64,000 bases of DNA, taken from the NCBI RefSeq assembly GCF_009914755.1, contig NC_060925.1; one strand, written 5' to 3'. This document shows, piece by piece, positions 17,714-31,278 of the stretch. The position numbers and the translations under genes were made by a program. The notes under the pieces are model-generated. The model did no database searches. It saw only the letters and a program-made list of their open reading frames with translations, and was not told the DNA's origin. Within the stretch, counting starts at the first letter, position 1, and every line of letters begins with the position of its first letter. The DNA comes from the human T2T-CHM13v2.0 reference genome, Homo sapiens.

Positions 17714-19441
17714 TTAGGGACTGGGGATAATTGTGAGCAAAAAGCCATGGTTACTGCCCTAATGGATCTTACCATCTAATGGGAAACTCTGATACCACTT
17801 AATTATACATAGATATCAATGACTACAGACCACAGACTCTGTTAAGTCTATGAATGAAAAAGCCAATTGCATGTGTAAAGCAGGGAGATTTATAGGGTCA
17901 ATGATATGATATGCATGCCTTTGTGCACATAAGAAAAAGCCATCCGCTCTCAGAGGACAAAACAAAAGGCAACCTCCAGGTATATGAAAACCTGTAGGCA
18001 CATGGTTTGGCAAGCCAGTGGAGTCTTTTCCAGTTCACATAAAGGACTGGAAAAAGTGTCCAGCTGGACAAAGCCCAGCACTAAGGTGCATGGCTTGGCC
18101 AGTAGGGCAGCCTCGCCATCCCCATACTTGACTCTACACCCTGATTTAGAGCACAGTTGACCCAATCTAATGCACAGGCCTTGGAAATCTGGCTGATCTG
18201 GAGGATCAGGGAAGGCCTGAGATGAAACCTGAAGAATGAACAGCAGTAACTAAAAAATGGGAGAAGGGTGATGGGCAAGACCATCAAGAGCCTTTCAGGC
18301 AGATAAAACTGCAGTTAAAAGTCACCAAAGTAGGAGAGAGCCTGGGATATTCCAGGAACTGAGTCTAGAGAAGGAGAATGAGGGCAAGAGTAGGTTGATA
18401 CAAAGCCGGAGCAGCCAGAAGAGGCCAGACCATGCAGGGCAGGACCTCTGAGGACAAGTTAGTAGGGCTGGATTGAGCATGGTCTTGAATGCCTAGCTAG
18501 GGAATTTGAACTAGAGTATTGTTCTTTTATTTATATCAGGGTCTGAATTATTCTGTTTCCTTTTTTGCTTTGAAGTTTAATCATTCTTTGCTTATTTAAA
18601 TTTGTGTTTATGATCCTACTTCCTTGCCATTTAAAGATACATCCAGACTTTTTTTTTTTTTTTTTTTTGGTCTCTTTGCAAAAATGGCATGCATGCTCAA
18701 GGCAAGTCTTTGGATTTGCTGCTGGGAACATGGTTTCTGAAAACCACAGGGAGGAAATCTAGGAAATCACAGGGAAGCTCTGTTTCCTTCCCCACGAAGC
18801 AGTGTACACGTGTGCACGCACATGCACATGAACACAGGAATGTTCTCTCTCACATACAAAGTTGAGAGAGTAAAGCCAAATGTGTTTTCTCTTTTATTTT
18901 GGCAGCATTTTAGATATTTAAATTTTTAGCTATCTTAAGTTAATCTAAAAATTTGAATAGATGAAATGAGCATATCCCATCCTTTATGAAGAGAATAATC
19001 AAAATACTGGAGTATGCTCCTCTCTAGAAAAAAGGTGTAGGGAATATCAGACAAGAATCTCAGTAACAGTTGTTTGACATTCATTACAATCTGAAATGTT
19101 GACCCAGGGCATCAGAAATGTGCTGCTCCAAGGCAGACAAGTTATACCATTGGAAATGGATACCTGCTATGGCCACGGTGGCACTGGCTGCTGTCCCATC
19201 AGTACCCACTTGACCATCTCCTGCTCCTCCTGACCATAGCAGAGGCTGCTGCAGACTAGCTGAGGCTTTTACTCTGTGCTGGGCCTCACAACCTGGTCTG
19301 TTTCCCAAAGACCTTGTTATACCTTCTGGTACCCTAGGCTGTGTGATCTTAGAAAATGATAATCAGGTGATACAAGATACTGGTTAGGCAGGTAAATGAA
19401 GGTGCCTCTAGGAAGTATAGTAATCCATATCTCAAATCCCC

Positions 19442-19442
<1 letters not shown>

Positions 19443-19488
<46 letters not shown>

Positions 19489-19500
19489 ACTCACTCACAC
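19443..19500 (+). repeat. (CA)n microsatellite with CACT interruptions
   Basis: About 20 pure CA units followed by degenerate units. Confidence 0.95.
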
Positions 19501-19635
19501 TGTAGTTAGGGAGCATGGGCTGGTTAAATTGGCCCTGAAAGAGGAAGTGAACCATCTGGCAGTGGTGCCTGACCCACCTCAGTGTTTCAGTGGGAACTTG
19601 CATTTATTCATTCATTTTATACCCATTGCAGACTC

Positions 19636-19750
19636 TTTTTTTTTTTTTTTTTTTTGTTGAGACGGAGTCTCCCTCTGTCGCCCAGGCTGGAGTGCAGCGG
19701 CGCGATCTCCACTCACTACAAGCTCCGCCTCCCGGGTTCACGCCATTCTC
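19636..19750 (-). mobile_element. 5'-truncated AluY (part of right arm only)
   Basis: AluY diagnostics (caagctccgcctcccgggttcacgccattctc), CpG-rich. TSD cccattgcagactc at 19622-19635 and 19751-19764. Confidence 0.9.
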
Positions 19751-19812
19751 CCCATTGCAGACTCCTTAGAGAAGTCTACCTGGACTCTACACTAAGCACT
19801 TAGCCAGAATGG

Positions 19813-20361
19813 GCAGTTCCCAAGAGGTCTGTAGACAGAATTCAGGGAGTCTGTGAACTTCCATGAGAAAAAAAAATTACATCTTTATTTTCACTAACCT
19901 TTAATGGAAATTTTAGACTTTTGATTTGGACAAATTTGCAGGGTACTTTCCTTTGGAGAAGGAACTAAAGTATTCAGCAAATGACACCCTAATTGTGAAT
20001 GTAGGCAACAAGCCAGTAGTAATAGCAGTACCTGTGACTTTTCAACAGTAAAAGTCACGGTTGTTTTCATACCACGTTAAAGTTGTTGAAATATTAATGC
20101 TCATGACTCCTTTAAAATTACCATAGTTATCAGACCCACTAGTATATCTTCTTATTTAATACATTAATAAAGAACATATATTACTCTATCACAATTTTTT
20201 CCTAAAAATATTTTGATAATTATTATTTCTTTATAATTTTTGTCCTTTCTAGTGCTATGTATTTGTTTTAGGAATTTAAAAATACTATTCTGAGAAGAGG
20301 TATATAGGTTTTACCAGACTGTCAGAGGAGTACATGGCACAAAAAAGCTAAAGAACTCCTG
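19813..20361 (+). mobile_element. Charlie4a-like hAT DNA transposon
   Basis: agaattcagggagtctgtgaactt...aaaattacatctttattttcactaacc...tgaatgtaggcaacaa...catggcacaaaaaagctaaagaactcctg. Confidence 0.75.
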
Positions 20362-21109
20362 GGGTGGTGGGCTCAAGTCCTGCTCAGTCTCCTAGCCGTG
20401 GAACTTTAGAATAGCAACATCTGAGACTCAGTTTTGTCATCTGCAAAATGGTTTAAGATGAGTGATGATTTTGGTGAAGTGGGTGAGAATCTCAGTCAAG
20501 GGATGACTTCTTCTTCCTCTGGTTACATTAAAAAGTGTGACGCCTTCTTTAAAGTACTTTGCTTTTAAATTAATGAAGTAGAATCATTAAGAAATCACCC
20601 GAAATCTTCAAATCTGTTTATTTGCATTTGTCTTCTCAGTCAACAGCAGTGTTGTAAAATATACTAAATTTATATTTAAATATATGTATTAAATATATAA
20701 AGTTACATACACTAACATTTTTACCTTTTTAGTTGTTGCATTTTAAAATATTTTGTAGTCTCTAGTTTTCTGGTAAGGAGATAACATTGTATTCCTTACT
20801 CATACTTTTCCCTATGATATAACATCTTTTGAGTTTTTTTTTTCTTTTTGTTTGATTGTTTTTGTGATGTGTAAAAATTCAGGAGTGGAGCAGCAGGGAA
20901 GGAAGGGACTGCCAACCAGGCAGTTCTGGAACATTCCAGGTGTTTTTTCTCTAGTCTATCACTTTTCCTTTTAATGAAAAATTCATCACTACAGTCCCAA
21001 TATGAGTAATCTTCCTATTTATTTTTATGTATACAAATAATATACATAAATACTAGATTTAGATAATGTATAAATGTTTTTATATTTCACTGAAAATATC
21101 CAATCATAC

Positions 21110-21330
21110 ACAGACTGTCTGGCATACAATGGTTTGATTTATGATTTTTCAACTTTACAGTGGTGTGGAATCATTCTGTTTTTCACATTCAGCACAATAT
21201 TCAATAAATTACCTGAGATATCAGCACTTAATTTTAAAATAGGCTTTGCGTTACCTGATTTGGCCCAACTGTAGGCTGTTGTCAGTGTTCTCAGCATGTT
21301 TAAGGTAAGCTGGTTTAAGTCATGATGTGA
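21110..21330 (-). mobile_element. MER47A (Tigger5-derived) fragment
   Basis: ttcaataaattacctgagatatc...aaaataggctttgcgtta...cccaactgtaggct...gcatgtttaaggtaagct. Confidence 0.7.
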
Positions 21331-21739
21331 CAAAATGTAGTAGTTGGTTGGGGTTGTTATAGATATTTTTCCTTAAAGTCCCAGTGACTATTGAATCTTG
21401 TTTTGTAAAAACAAATAGTATAAGTGTTTAAGAATAAAAAAGATTTAATATCAAGGAACGCATGTAGTGCTAGATGAGATTGTAAAGGTTGTTATTGTCT
21501 ATTTTTGAAAACCTTTTAGGAAAGTAAATTAATTTGTTTTAATTTCATGGACTGCTCAGTTTTCTTCACCCAATACAAGAAAAAAAGAGGCAAATTATAA
21601 TACTATTTAGAACACATTTGCTAAATTTCTCTTTGCTGCCTTCTTAATTTTATCTGGCAGGGCTGCAAGACAGGAGTTACAGCAGTAGACCTGGCTGTCG
21701 TGAAGTGATTTCATCTCTTCAAGTTGTGGAGATTTTATG

Positions 21740-22061
21740 TTTTGTTTGTTTCTTTGTTTGTTTGTTTGTTTGTTTTTTGAGACAGGATCTCATTCTGTCA
21801 CCCAGGCTGGAGTGCAGTGGTGCAATCCTGGCTCACTGCAGCCTTGACCTCCTGGGCTCAAACGATCCTCCAACCTCAGCCTCCTGAGTAGCTGGGACTT
21901 CAGGTGCATGCCACCTAGCCTGGCTAATTTTTCCATATTTTTTGTGGAGATGGGGCTTCACTGTGTTTCCCAGGCTGGTCTCAAACTCCTGGGCTCAAGT
22001 GATCCTTCAGCCTCAGCCTCCCAAAATGCTGGGATTACAGGCATGAGTTGCCGCACCAGGC
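21740..22061 (-). mobile_element. AluJ
   Basis: Antisense J-type dimer with (TTTG)n tail. Confidence 0.9.
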
Positions 22062-22948
22062 TGTCTTCTGGTTTTGTAAAGATGGATTTCCTGGACTTGG
22101 TTAAGCCATAACTGGCTGTCTAGAGGTTGAGATAGTTCAGTCAGTGACATGATGAAATAAAAAAGAATTTTTTGATAACAAAATGGTTTTAGAGAGGATA
22201 GCTAGGAAACATTTTAAAAGAGCAACGAAGAGAAACTTGCTATTTCAAATGTAAAATATATAGTAAAGCTAAAAACAGTTTAGTGCCAGCATAGGAATCA
22301 CATAGAACAGAATAAATAGCCCTTGAAATGCACAGACAGACAGCATACAGACATATATGATCCCTGGAATACAGCAATCCCATGGAGAAGAGGTAGATTA
22401 TTCAGCAAACTACACCAAAATAAACTCCAGGCGAATTATTTAGAGAACTATGTGTGTATTTTTTTTAAATCATGTTTTTAAAAAATCCAGGAGAAAAAAA
22501 TGACTACCTAACTAATAATGGGATGGGGAAGTATTTTTAAATATAAAAGCAGTGGAAGAAACCACAAGGGAAAGAATTCTTTGTCATGTTTTAGTGAAGA
22601 TAAATTTGAGTGTGAGGAACAAAACCAACTCAAATTACCACAAGTAAATGGAGAGTTTACTGTAAAGTGATCTTGGATTAACCTCAGGGCAGGGACTGTC
22701 ATTGGGCTGGACCTTCTCAAGGCTGAGATAGAGAAGCAAGGCTAGATTCTGGAAGGACCAGGATCTGGGCACTGAATCTGAGGATCTTCCCTCACTGGGC
22801 TCATCATTAATATAGTTTTGTTACATCAGCTGTGTCTGCATCTTTCTGGTTAGCTGCCCCTCCCCGTGCCAATCTACCGTGTTTGGCAAGAGGGTGGATC
22901 CATCGCCTCATCTGGGCAGAAATGAATTGGACAGAAAGGGGCTTTGGG

Positions 22949-23233
22949 GGTCCAGGGTGCAGTGGCTCATGCCTATAATCCCAGCACTTTTGGAGGCTGA
23001 GGTGGGAGCATCACTCGAGGCTAGGAGTTTGAGACCAGCCTGGACAATGTGGTAAGACCACATCTCTACAAAAAATAAAATTAGCCGGGTGTGGTGGCAT
23101 GTGCCTGTAGACCTGGCTATGGCTACACCACTGTAATTGAGCCTGGGTGACAGAAAGAGACCCTGTCTTAAAAAAAAAAAAAAAGGAACCTTGAGGTGAT
23201 AGAATTAACGTTTTTTTAAAACAAAAAGAAAAC
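22949..23233 (+). mobile_element. AluJ with internal deletion and extra 3' segment
   Basis: Alu body, A15, 33 nt of unique sequence, then a second A-rich tract. Flanked by aaaggggctttggg / aagagggctttggg. Confidence 0.85.
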
Positions 23234-23499
23234 AAGAGGGCTTTGGGCAGGCTATGGATGATTCATTTGCATACACAAATTTGAAACTTTTTACATGAAA
23301 TAGTACAGTAAACATTTAAAAGATAAATACTGCCCAGGAATACTGTTGCAATACCATAGTAACTGCAACAAATATTACAGGAAAAAAAATTAATACTTTT
23401 AACATAGAAAGTGTTTTTGTCAGACAAGAAGGATATCCCTAACACAGATTTTTAAATGGGCAAAGGATAGGAATAGATAATTTGCAGAACAAAGAAAAT

Positions 23500-24070
23500 A
23501 GCCTGTATGGAAGGAAGGTAGAAGAATAACCTTATAGTATATAGTTTAAAAATGCAGATTTAAGAAAACAATCAGATACTTTTTTTCCTAAGAAATTGGC
23601 AACTTTTTTGTAAACTTTTTTGTGTGTTTTTAAAATCACACTGTCATTTCTGACAAAAGTAGAGGAGTCAGGCACTCATATTCATATACTGCTGCTGAGA
23701 GTGTAAATAGCCACAACCTTTCTGGATGAAGATATTGCAAGCCCAAAAGATGGTCATGTTCAAATTAATAATTATTTTCCTAGGAAGAGGGAAATCAAAG
23801 AGATGTACAAAGATGGTTACTACAGCTTTATTTGTCATGGTGAAAAAAAGGGAATAACCAAATTTCCCAGTATTACCCGGATGAGTAATTAATGGCTTAT
23901 CCATATAATGAGATAGTATAAACCACCAAAAAAGCATTTGCTCAAAGAATGATTACATAATTCCAATTTTGTAGATAAACAGCAGAGAGAGAAAAAAATG
24001 ACATAGGAAACATTCCAAATTTTAATGGCACTCAATTGGTAGGATAACAGATGATTTATTTTCTACAATG
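23500..24070 (+). mobile_element. Degraded old L1 (L1M/L1ME) 3' remnants
   Basis: ggcactcatattcatatactgctgctgagagtgtaaatagccacaacctttctgga... Confidence 0.55.
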
Positions 24071-26741
24071 AAATATTGCTTTGGTTATAAGAAAAACAAC
24101 AGCAACAACATATTTGGTATTTATACCAAGCAAAATGTACATTTTTGTCATTTGGCCTAGAGAAGAGACATGTCTGCTCAACAATGAAGTTATTTCCATG
24201 AATTCTGGCATATTGGTTAAGAAGGACTCAGAGAATCCATCTAAAGCTCTTGGTCTACTCCTGGTGGTCATAATAGGTGCTCAATAAATGTCTGCTGTGC
24301 ATGTCTACAGGGCCCTCAAGTCTAATGAGGATGGTTTTTCAATTCTTAATACAATCTGGGTACGACTTGTCACAGACACGAGGATGAGGGATGGTGTATT
24401 TTTTTTGATTTTAGAATAGGAAAAAAACCATTTAGTTCTAACACTGTTTATTCGTAAGTCCAAGGGGGGGAGAAACTAATTCCATTTTTTTCTTGAGAAT
24501 ATCTGCTGGATTTCCATTAATAATCCTAGGCAAAGAAGTTATTTCATAGGTTGTCTTTAAATGATTTTTAAACTAATTTAGAACTCACACATAAGTTTCA
24601 TTCTATTTTTCTTTTTAACCTACAAAAGTGAGTGCCTGCTTACTGTTTTTCCTGGTTCTGTGCCGTAAACACTGAATGGACTATCTTACCTTGTCTTTAC
24701 AATCTGATGGTTAAGGTTCTTATTCCCGTTTTACAGAAATAGGCTTAGAAGTCAAGTTAATGAGTGAATGGTTGGCTCTTTGGGCACCGTTTGTTGGAGT
24801 TCAGGTTTTCAGGCTCCTTCTGGGCTATAGACTTTTTTCCAGGCTACCTTGTAGCAATTTGTGAGTCAGCATCATGTTCTGCTGAGACCCAAAGATCCAG
24901 GAGCAGCTTAGAGCTGTAGCTAGATTACCAATGGACTCATCACAAAGCATAACTTGACTCTCAACCCTGGTCCCTTTCCCCTCTACCAGAAGGTCTACCC
25001 CAATGGCAGAGTAGAAGAGAAAAGATCTTCCAGGACATCAGAGATGGCATGCCACACAGGAGGAGAGGAACAAGGTCATTGTTGTTATTTGTTCAGAAAG
25101 AAAAGATGGTAAAACTCAGTTACATCTTGCTCAACTGATTTTCTCGGCTTGAAAGAGAAGTAACAGACACTAGGCTTAAGGGAGTTAAGAATAAATCAAA
25201 ACGTGAACCATTCCAGCAGTTTCTGCATTAATGGGATCCTTCTGACAATGCCACAATGGAGAATTATGGCACAGAGCCAGTTCAGTCATAAACCTTATTC
25301 CTATACTTCCTTTCTTGCTTGTAATTTTATGCAGCAGGTTGAGAAGGCTACTTTATTCTGAGACAGACTGTATACCAATAATTTTGATAACCTGTAATGA
25401 GTTCTGTGATGTCTTTTTCTTCTTGTATCTTTTCCTTCCTACCTTGATACCAGTAATTTGTAAGGGATCTATATAGTTTGAATGTATTTGAGTGACTTCA
25501 ATAATACTTCAGTTCTACTTTTTGATATAACCCAAGGAAGCACCAGTAGGTCTCAGGCATTCCCCTGTGTTTTAGAATCCTCAAATCAGTGAGATGAAAC
25601 CCAATGTCAAGAATTTGAAGCAGAGTAAGGTATGGAGAAAGAAGGTAAAGAAACTATTGGGTGGTTTGGCTAGAGCATAGTAATTAATTGGATATTTTGG
25701 TTTCCAAAAATTTGAATTACAATAAAAGGAAATTTTGCTGTGTTATTTCAGTTTTCAGTAGCAAATAAATGTTTGTATAGCCAAACAATAAAATTGACGT
25801 AGTTTAGTGCCTTTAAAAAAATAAGTGATGGTTTTAACCCCATCTCTTAACTGGCTTATAGTGCCTCATTCATTCATTCAGTGAATAAAACAAACACCAA
25901 TTCAAGGAAATCTGTATAACAAATGTTTGTAAACTTTATGACCTATCCTTTGTTTTCTAATTTACAGAATAAAATCTAAGTAAATAAAAATTAGGGACAG
26001 TCTCTTAAAAATTTCTTACAACTTATTGGTATATGATAGGGTTCTTTTAATTTGATGGTTGGAAGATTCTTGAAAATAGAAGTAAAAATTTAAGCTTTCT
26101 ATTGTTTATAGTTCAAAAGTGCATGCACATGTGTGTAACAAGAATATACACATTTCTCTGATTCCAGAGACAGCCCTTTATCCAGCTGGCTAGAGTAGCC
26201 TCTATCAGCCCCCAGTCTCTATTATTCTGTTGTAATTTCCTCCTCATACTTCTCACCACCTGACTTGATACTAGTTAGTTTTTGCTCATTTCCCATTTCC
26301 CTTTGCCTTCACTGGAGTGGCAGCTCTGTCAGGGCATAAGTTTTTGCCATTTTTCCTGCTCAGCACCTAGAACAATATCTAGCCTATAACTAGCCCTCAT
26401 TTTCATTTGTATGGAATGAATGAATAAACAAATAAATCAGTTTTCTGCCTCTTATCAGCTGCGTGGAACCAGACATCTCCCCTCCATTTTGAGGTCCCTA
26501 AGTTATTCCTGGGAAATCTCAGGGACTGGCATCTTCTGCCAGACCTCTGACACCCAAGAAACCATTGGTGGTAGGCAGAGGCCCCTGTGAGCTGCTGCCA
26601 ATGTCTACACTGAGGCAGCCCCTCAGATCCCAAGCTAAGGTCACTGATGTATGTTCACAGCCAGATGCTGCTGCTTCTGTCATGGAAGGATCTTCTCCAA
26701 AGTCCACTCTTCTGTAAAACTGTGCTGTGATGTGGGAATAG

Positions 26742-26810
26742 CACACACACCCCCACACACCCTCACACATACATACACACACACACACTGTCACACACAT
26801 ATGCACAAAC
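26742..26810 (+). repeat. CA-rich low-complexity repeat
   Basis: cacacacacccccacacaccctcacacatacatacacacacacac... Confidence 0.85.
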
Positions 26811-28457
26811 ACCTGTTACCTTCTTTACCCAGACCCTTGGGCCAGAGCAGCCTTGTGCCCCCATTTTTTTTCTTTTGGTGAAACTCACTTTCTGGCTTTA
26901 CTCTCAGGAGCGGGGCAAGGAGTTGGGGGAGGAGGACTGGAGGTGGGGTGGGAGGCGTAACTAAATCAGAAGTTCCGAGTGAGGAAGGCTCCCCTCCAAC
27001 ACAGAGGCATTCTTCTGACTTAGCTAAACAAGCTTCTGGCAGGAAAAATAATTTCCCTGGCACAATATGGTGCCTTATGCCAATTACCTCTGCGAGGATC
27101 CGCCCACTGGCCCTCCAGGCCATCTGGACAAAAGGGATCCCTGAGGAGATCTCACTGTAGCCACAGGCTGGGACTCCTGCTAGAGGGAGATAAAGCTTTA
27201 CCATTTCCCTTCTTCTTTGTCCTGAACTGTACTCTAGAACGATCTGTAAGAAATGTCCTAATAGGTAATTGCTCTCTCCTCTCCCTCACCACCCCCCCAA
27301 CCCCAAACACACACACAACACACACACATACACACACTGAGAGGCATCCACAGTGTTCACCACAGTATGGATTCTCATGGGGTTTTATTTGGCTTCTTGG
27401 CCAAATAAGCTGATGCAGGTACTTGTTGGATAACACTGTGGGGTGGGTCAGTAGCAGAGGATGTGAGTCAGGCTCCCAGTTTTAGAAAAGGAACCTGCAG
27501 TGCCTGCTGACAGGCTTTCATACCAGGTATACTCCTTGCATATTATCAAAGCATATCCAAAAACCCATTCTTGCTTCCAGAGCAAAAAGAATCAGAGAGC
27601 CTCTGCTGGTGAAGGAAGTTCTGTTCCAGAAGGCTGTGTCTGTCATGGACCCAGGCAGAGGAGAAGAACAGGAGCCTCTGCCAGAGGCCAGGCCAAGCCA
27701 AAGAATGGGAATCAGAGGACAGTCCCCTGATTATTTAAACACAAAACAGGAAGGAAGGAACCCTCCACCGTCTTGGCCACCATTGTGACCACTGCCCATT
27801 ATTTTTTCAGATTTATGTGGTCAAATAATGATTTTAAATAGAAAATCTTAAAGCTATTATGTTTTATTTTGGAACTATTCCACATGTTGAGGAAGAATGA
27901 AGGAAGGGGAAACAGAATCAGACTTCTAAAGAGTGGAAAGGTGATATCTGTATCATATGACCAAGCCTAGGGAAAAACACATGAGCCACACTCACTTTTT
28001 GAAAATCTGATCCTTATTGTTAAGGAGGGTGACTATAATTTTAGAAGGGAAAAGATGAATGGAAGACTGTCTTGGCTTAGAAAACCCTTTTCTATTTTTT
28101 GTCCAACTGAATCACTCTGATAAAAGCGGCCTGAGCATCACAAGACTTAACTAACCTTTATGTCATTTCCCCTCCCACTCTGTTCCCAAAATGGCTGGTA
28201 TTTTTTTATATTCATTTTTATCTTGCTCCAAACAATATGTAGTTTCTCCTCATTGACAAACATTCTGTCAACTCGTGAATTATTGCTGATTCGTTTGCAT
28301 GTGTGTGAGCTGCTCTCTGCTCCCACCTTTGCACTATCAGATGGAATTTTCCACGTATATGTCTTAGCCTCCTGACGCTCATTAATGTCAATGTGGGGGT
28401 CATGAACTGTGCCATTATTGTTCTTGTAGTGTTTAGTTAGCCTGAGAAGCTCAATTT

Positions 28458-28923
28458 GTGTGTATGTGTGTTTTTTTCTTTTTTTTAATTCAATAGGTTT
28501 TGTGGGAACAGGTGGTGTTAACTTACATGGATAAGTTCTTTAGTGGTGATTTCTGAGATTTTGGTGCACCCATCACCCGAGCAGTGTACACTGTACCCAT
28601 TGTGTAGTCTTTTATTCCTCGCCCCACTCCCACCCTTTCCTCTGAATCCCCAAAGTCCATTGTATCATTCCCATGCCTTTGCATCCTCATAGCTTAGCTC
28701 CCACTTATGAGTGAGAACGTACAATGTTTGGTTTTGTATTCTTGAGTTACTTCACTTAGAATAATGGTCTCCAGTTCCATCCAGGTTGATGTGAATGCCA
28801 TTATTTCATTCCTTTTTATGGCTGAATAGTATTCCATGGTATATACATACCACATTTTCTTTATCCACTTGTTGATTGATGGGCATTTGGGCTGGTTCCA
28901 TATTTTTGCAATTGCTAATTGTG
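28458..28923 (-). mobile_element. Short 5'-truncated L1PB (L1PB1-like) 3' end
   Basis: ataagttctttagtggtgatttctgagattttggtgcacccatcacccgagcagtgtacactgtaccc. 15-bp TSD tgagaagctcaattt at 28443-28457 and 28924-28938. Confidence 0.9.
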
Positions 28924-30682
28924 TGAGAAGCTCAATTTAAAACCTCATTCCCTTCAAGTTTCAGTTTCCATTTAGGAAGTACTTAGATTGACTTTGATGA
29001 CCTTTGGTTATATATTAGTTATTTTCAGTTATTTTGTTTTAACATAAAATACCACCAACAACTCGTTGGCAGTACAACCAGATAATGTAGCTGATGGAGC
29101 CATTCATTCTAGATAAAATCACTGTGATTTGGGCACAGCTCTGCAGATGTGAAGTGGGGAATTCCTGTGGAACTTGACTGGCATATGCAGTTGCCCTTAA
29201 CAGGTTTCATTGTGATAAACCCCTGTCTTTTGTATGAATTCAGGCACATGTCTGTATGCAAAGTCTCATTTATATCCTGCTTTACCGTTTTGGTTTTCAA
29301 CATGGTAAGAGCAAAGGGTGGCTCTCTACAGGCTCAGTTTCTCCAGCTGATTTTCTGTCTCCTCTTACTCACCACTTCTTATTAATTCATTAGCAGCCAG
29401 TACAGTAGAAGTCACCTTAGCTTTCTGTTTCCCTTTCCTACCAGCAGCCTCTTCACATCTCCTTCAAAACTCACCAATAAGCTTCTACCATGTATGTCAC
29501 AGAATATAAAATCTTAATGTTCATCAGTAAATTATTCATGATTTCTATGGCCCTGATTTGTGTAATGACTGCTAATGCTTTCAGAACATTTGATCTTGAC
29601 AAGGTGAAAAATCGTGCTGTTTTAAAAAAATTTTCTAGAGTAGTTGCTAGGATTTTTTAAAGCACACCTATCTTATATGCCAGGAATTCCAAAGTCAAAA
29701 TGTACATAAACCATTAGATTGTAAGCATCTAGGAATCTTTAGAAAGAAGTTTGGAGGTCAAATGCAGCCATCTATCCAATATAGACTCCCTTTTCCAGCA
29801 TCCCAGACAGAGTCCTTTGGCTGCAGATGGCCACTCCTGATGAGAGAGGGAACTCTCGGGTCACCAGGCTGCCCACCTTGATTGTTGGCCATCTGGGATC
29901 CTTCGAGTAAACTTGGGCTAGCTTCTTAAGCTCTCTGTTTCTTTCTCTGAAATAGTGATAATAATAGTAACAGTAGCAATAGCAATAATAGCACTAGTAA
30001 TACTAATAGTGTTTCCTCATAGAATTGTTGTGAGTGATAAATCAGTTGATACATGCAAAACCATCTGGACAATGCCTGGCAAGAGCCACATACTCAGTCC
30101 CTGCTAGTTGTTAATACTGGCCCTGTAGGCAGAATTGTAGAGTAGAAGAAAGCAGATAGACCTGAGTCAGACTGACAAGGTATGAGTCCAGAATTTGCCA
30201 ATACCTAGTCCTGTGAACATGGAAGTTAAGTTGCTTGATATTTTCTGAGCTTGAGTTTCCTTGACTGTAAAATGTGGATAGGGAGTCCATCCCCAGTATG
30301 TACTTGCTGTAGTGATATAATTTGGATATTTGTCCCCACCCAAATCTAGTGTTGAATTGTAATCTCCAGTGCTGGAGGTCAGGCCTGGTAGGAGGTGTTT
30401 GGATCATGGGGGAGGATCCCTCATGGCTTGGTGCTATTTTCGCAATAGTGAGTTATTGCAAGATCTGGTCACTTAAAAGTGTGTGGCACCTCCTCCCACC
30501 CCCACTCTCTCTCCTGCTCCTGCTTTCACCACCTGAAGTGCCTATTCCTGCCTCACTTTCTGCCATGAGTAAAAGCTCCCTGAGGCCTCCCCAGAAGCAG
30601 ATGCAGCTGTGCTTCCTGTAAAGCCTGCAAAACCATGAGCCCATTAAACCACTTTTTAAATAAATTACCTAGTGTCAGGCAT

Positions 30683-30872
30683 CTTTCTTTCTCTCCTTTC
30701 CCTCCTTCCTTCCTTCCTTCCTTCCTTCCCCCCTTCCTTCCTTCCTTCCTTCCTTCCTTCCTTCCTTCCTTCCTTCCTTCCTCTCTCTTTCTTCCCCTCC
30801 CTCCCTCTCTTCCTCCCTTCCTTCCTTCCTTCCTTCCTCCCTCCCTCCCTCCCTTACTTTCTTTCCTTTCTT
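30683..30872 (+). repeat. (CCTT)n / polypyrimidine microsatellite
   Basis: About 190 bp of almost pure C/T sequence at the tail position of an antisense Alu. Confidence 0.95.
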
Positions 30873-30877
30873 TCACA

Positions 30878-31278
30878 TGTTCTGTCACCCAGACTAAAGT
30901 GCAGTGGCACAATCCAGTCATGGCTCACTACAACCTGAGCTCAAGTGATCCTCCTGTCTCAGCCTCCTGAGCAGCTGGGACTACAGGTGCATGCCACCAT
31001 GCCCAGCAAATTTTTGTAATTCTTATAAAGATGAGGCTTCACCATGTTGCCCAGGCTGGTCTCTAACTCCTGAGCTCAAGTTATCCACCACCTCAGCCTC
31101 CCAAAGTGCTAGGATTACAGGCGTGAGCCACCGTTGCTGGCTGACTTTTGTATTTTTTGTAGACACAGGGTCTCACTATGTTCCTCAGGCTGGTCTCGGA
31201 CTCCTGAGCTCAAGCAGTCATCCCGCCTTGACCTCCCAAAGTGCTGGGATTACAGATGTGAGCCACCGTGCCCAGCCC
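30878..31278 (-). mobile_element. AluJ plus adjacent extra left monomer (FLAM-like)
   Basis: Two consecutive left-arm segments ending in gtgagccaccg at ~31122 and ~31258. Confidence 0.85.

Noticed and set aside
24880-25540. Stretch that looked like a second decayed retrocopy (coding-like followed by 3'UTR-like)
   Set aside because: I could not identify a parent gene, poly(A) tail or TSD. A BLAT/BLASTX search would be needed.
26791-27204. 137-aa minus-strand ORF in a G-rich patch
   Set aside because: No homology recognised, and it ends in a CA repeat.
30553-30970. Low-complexity ORFs (EGRK / LPSF repeats)
   Set aside because: Translations of the (CCTT)n microsatellite.
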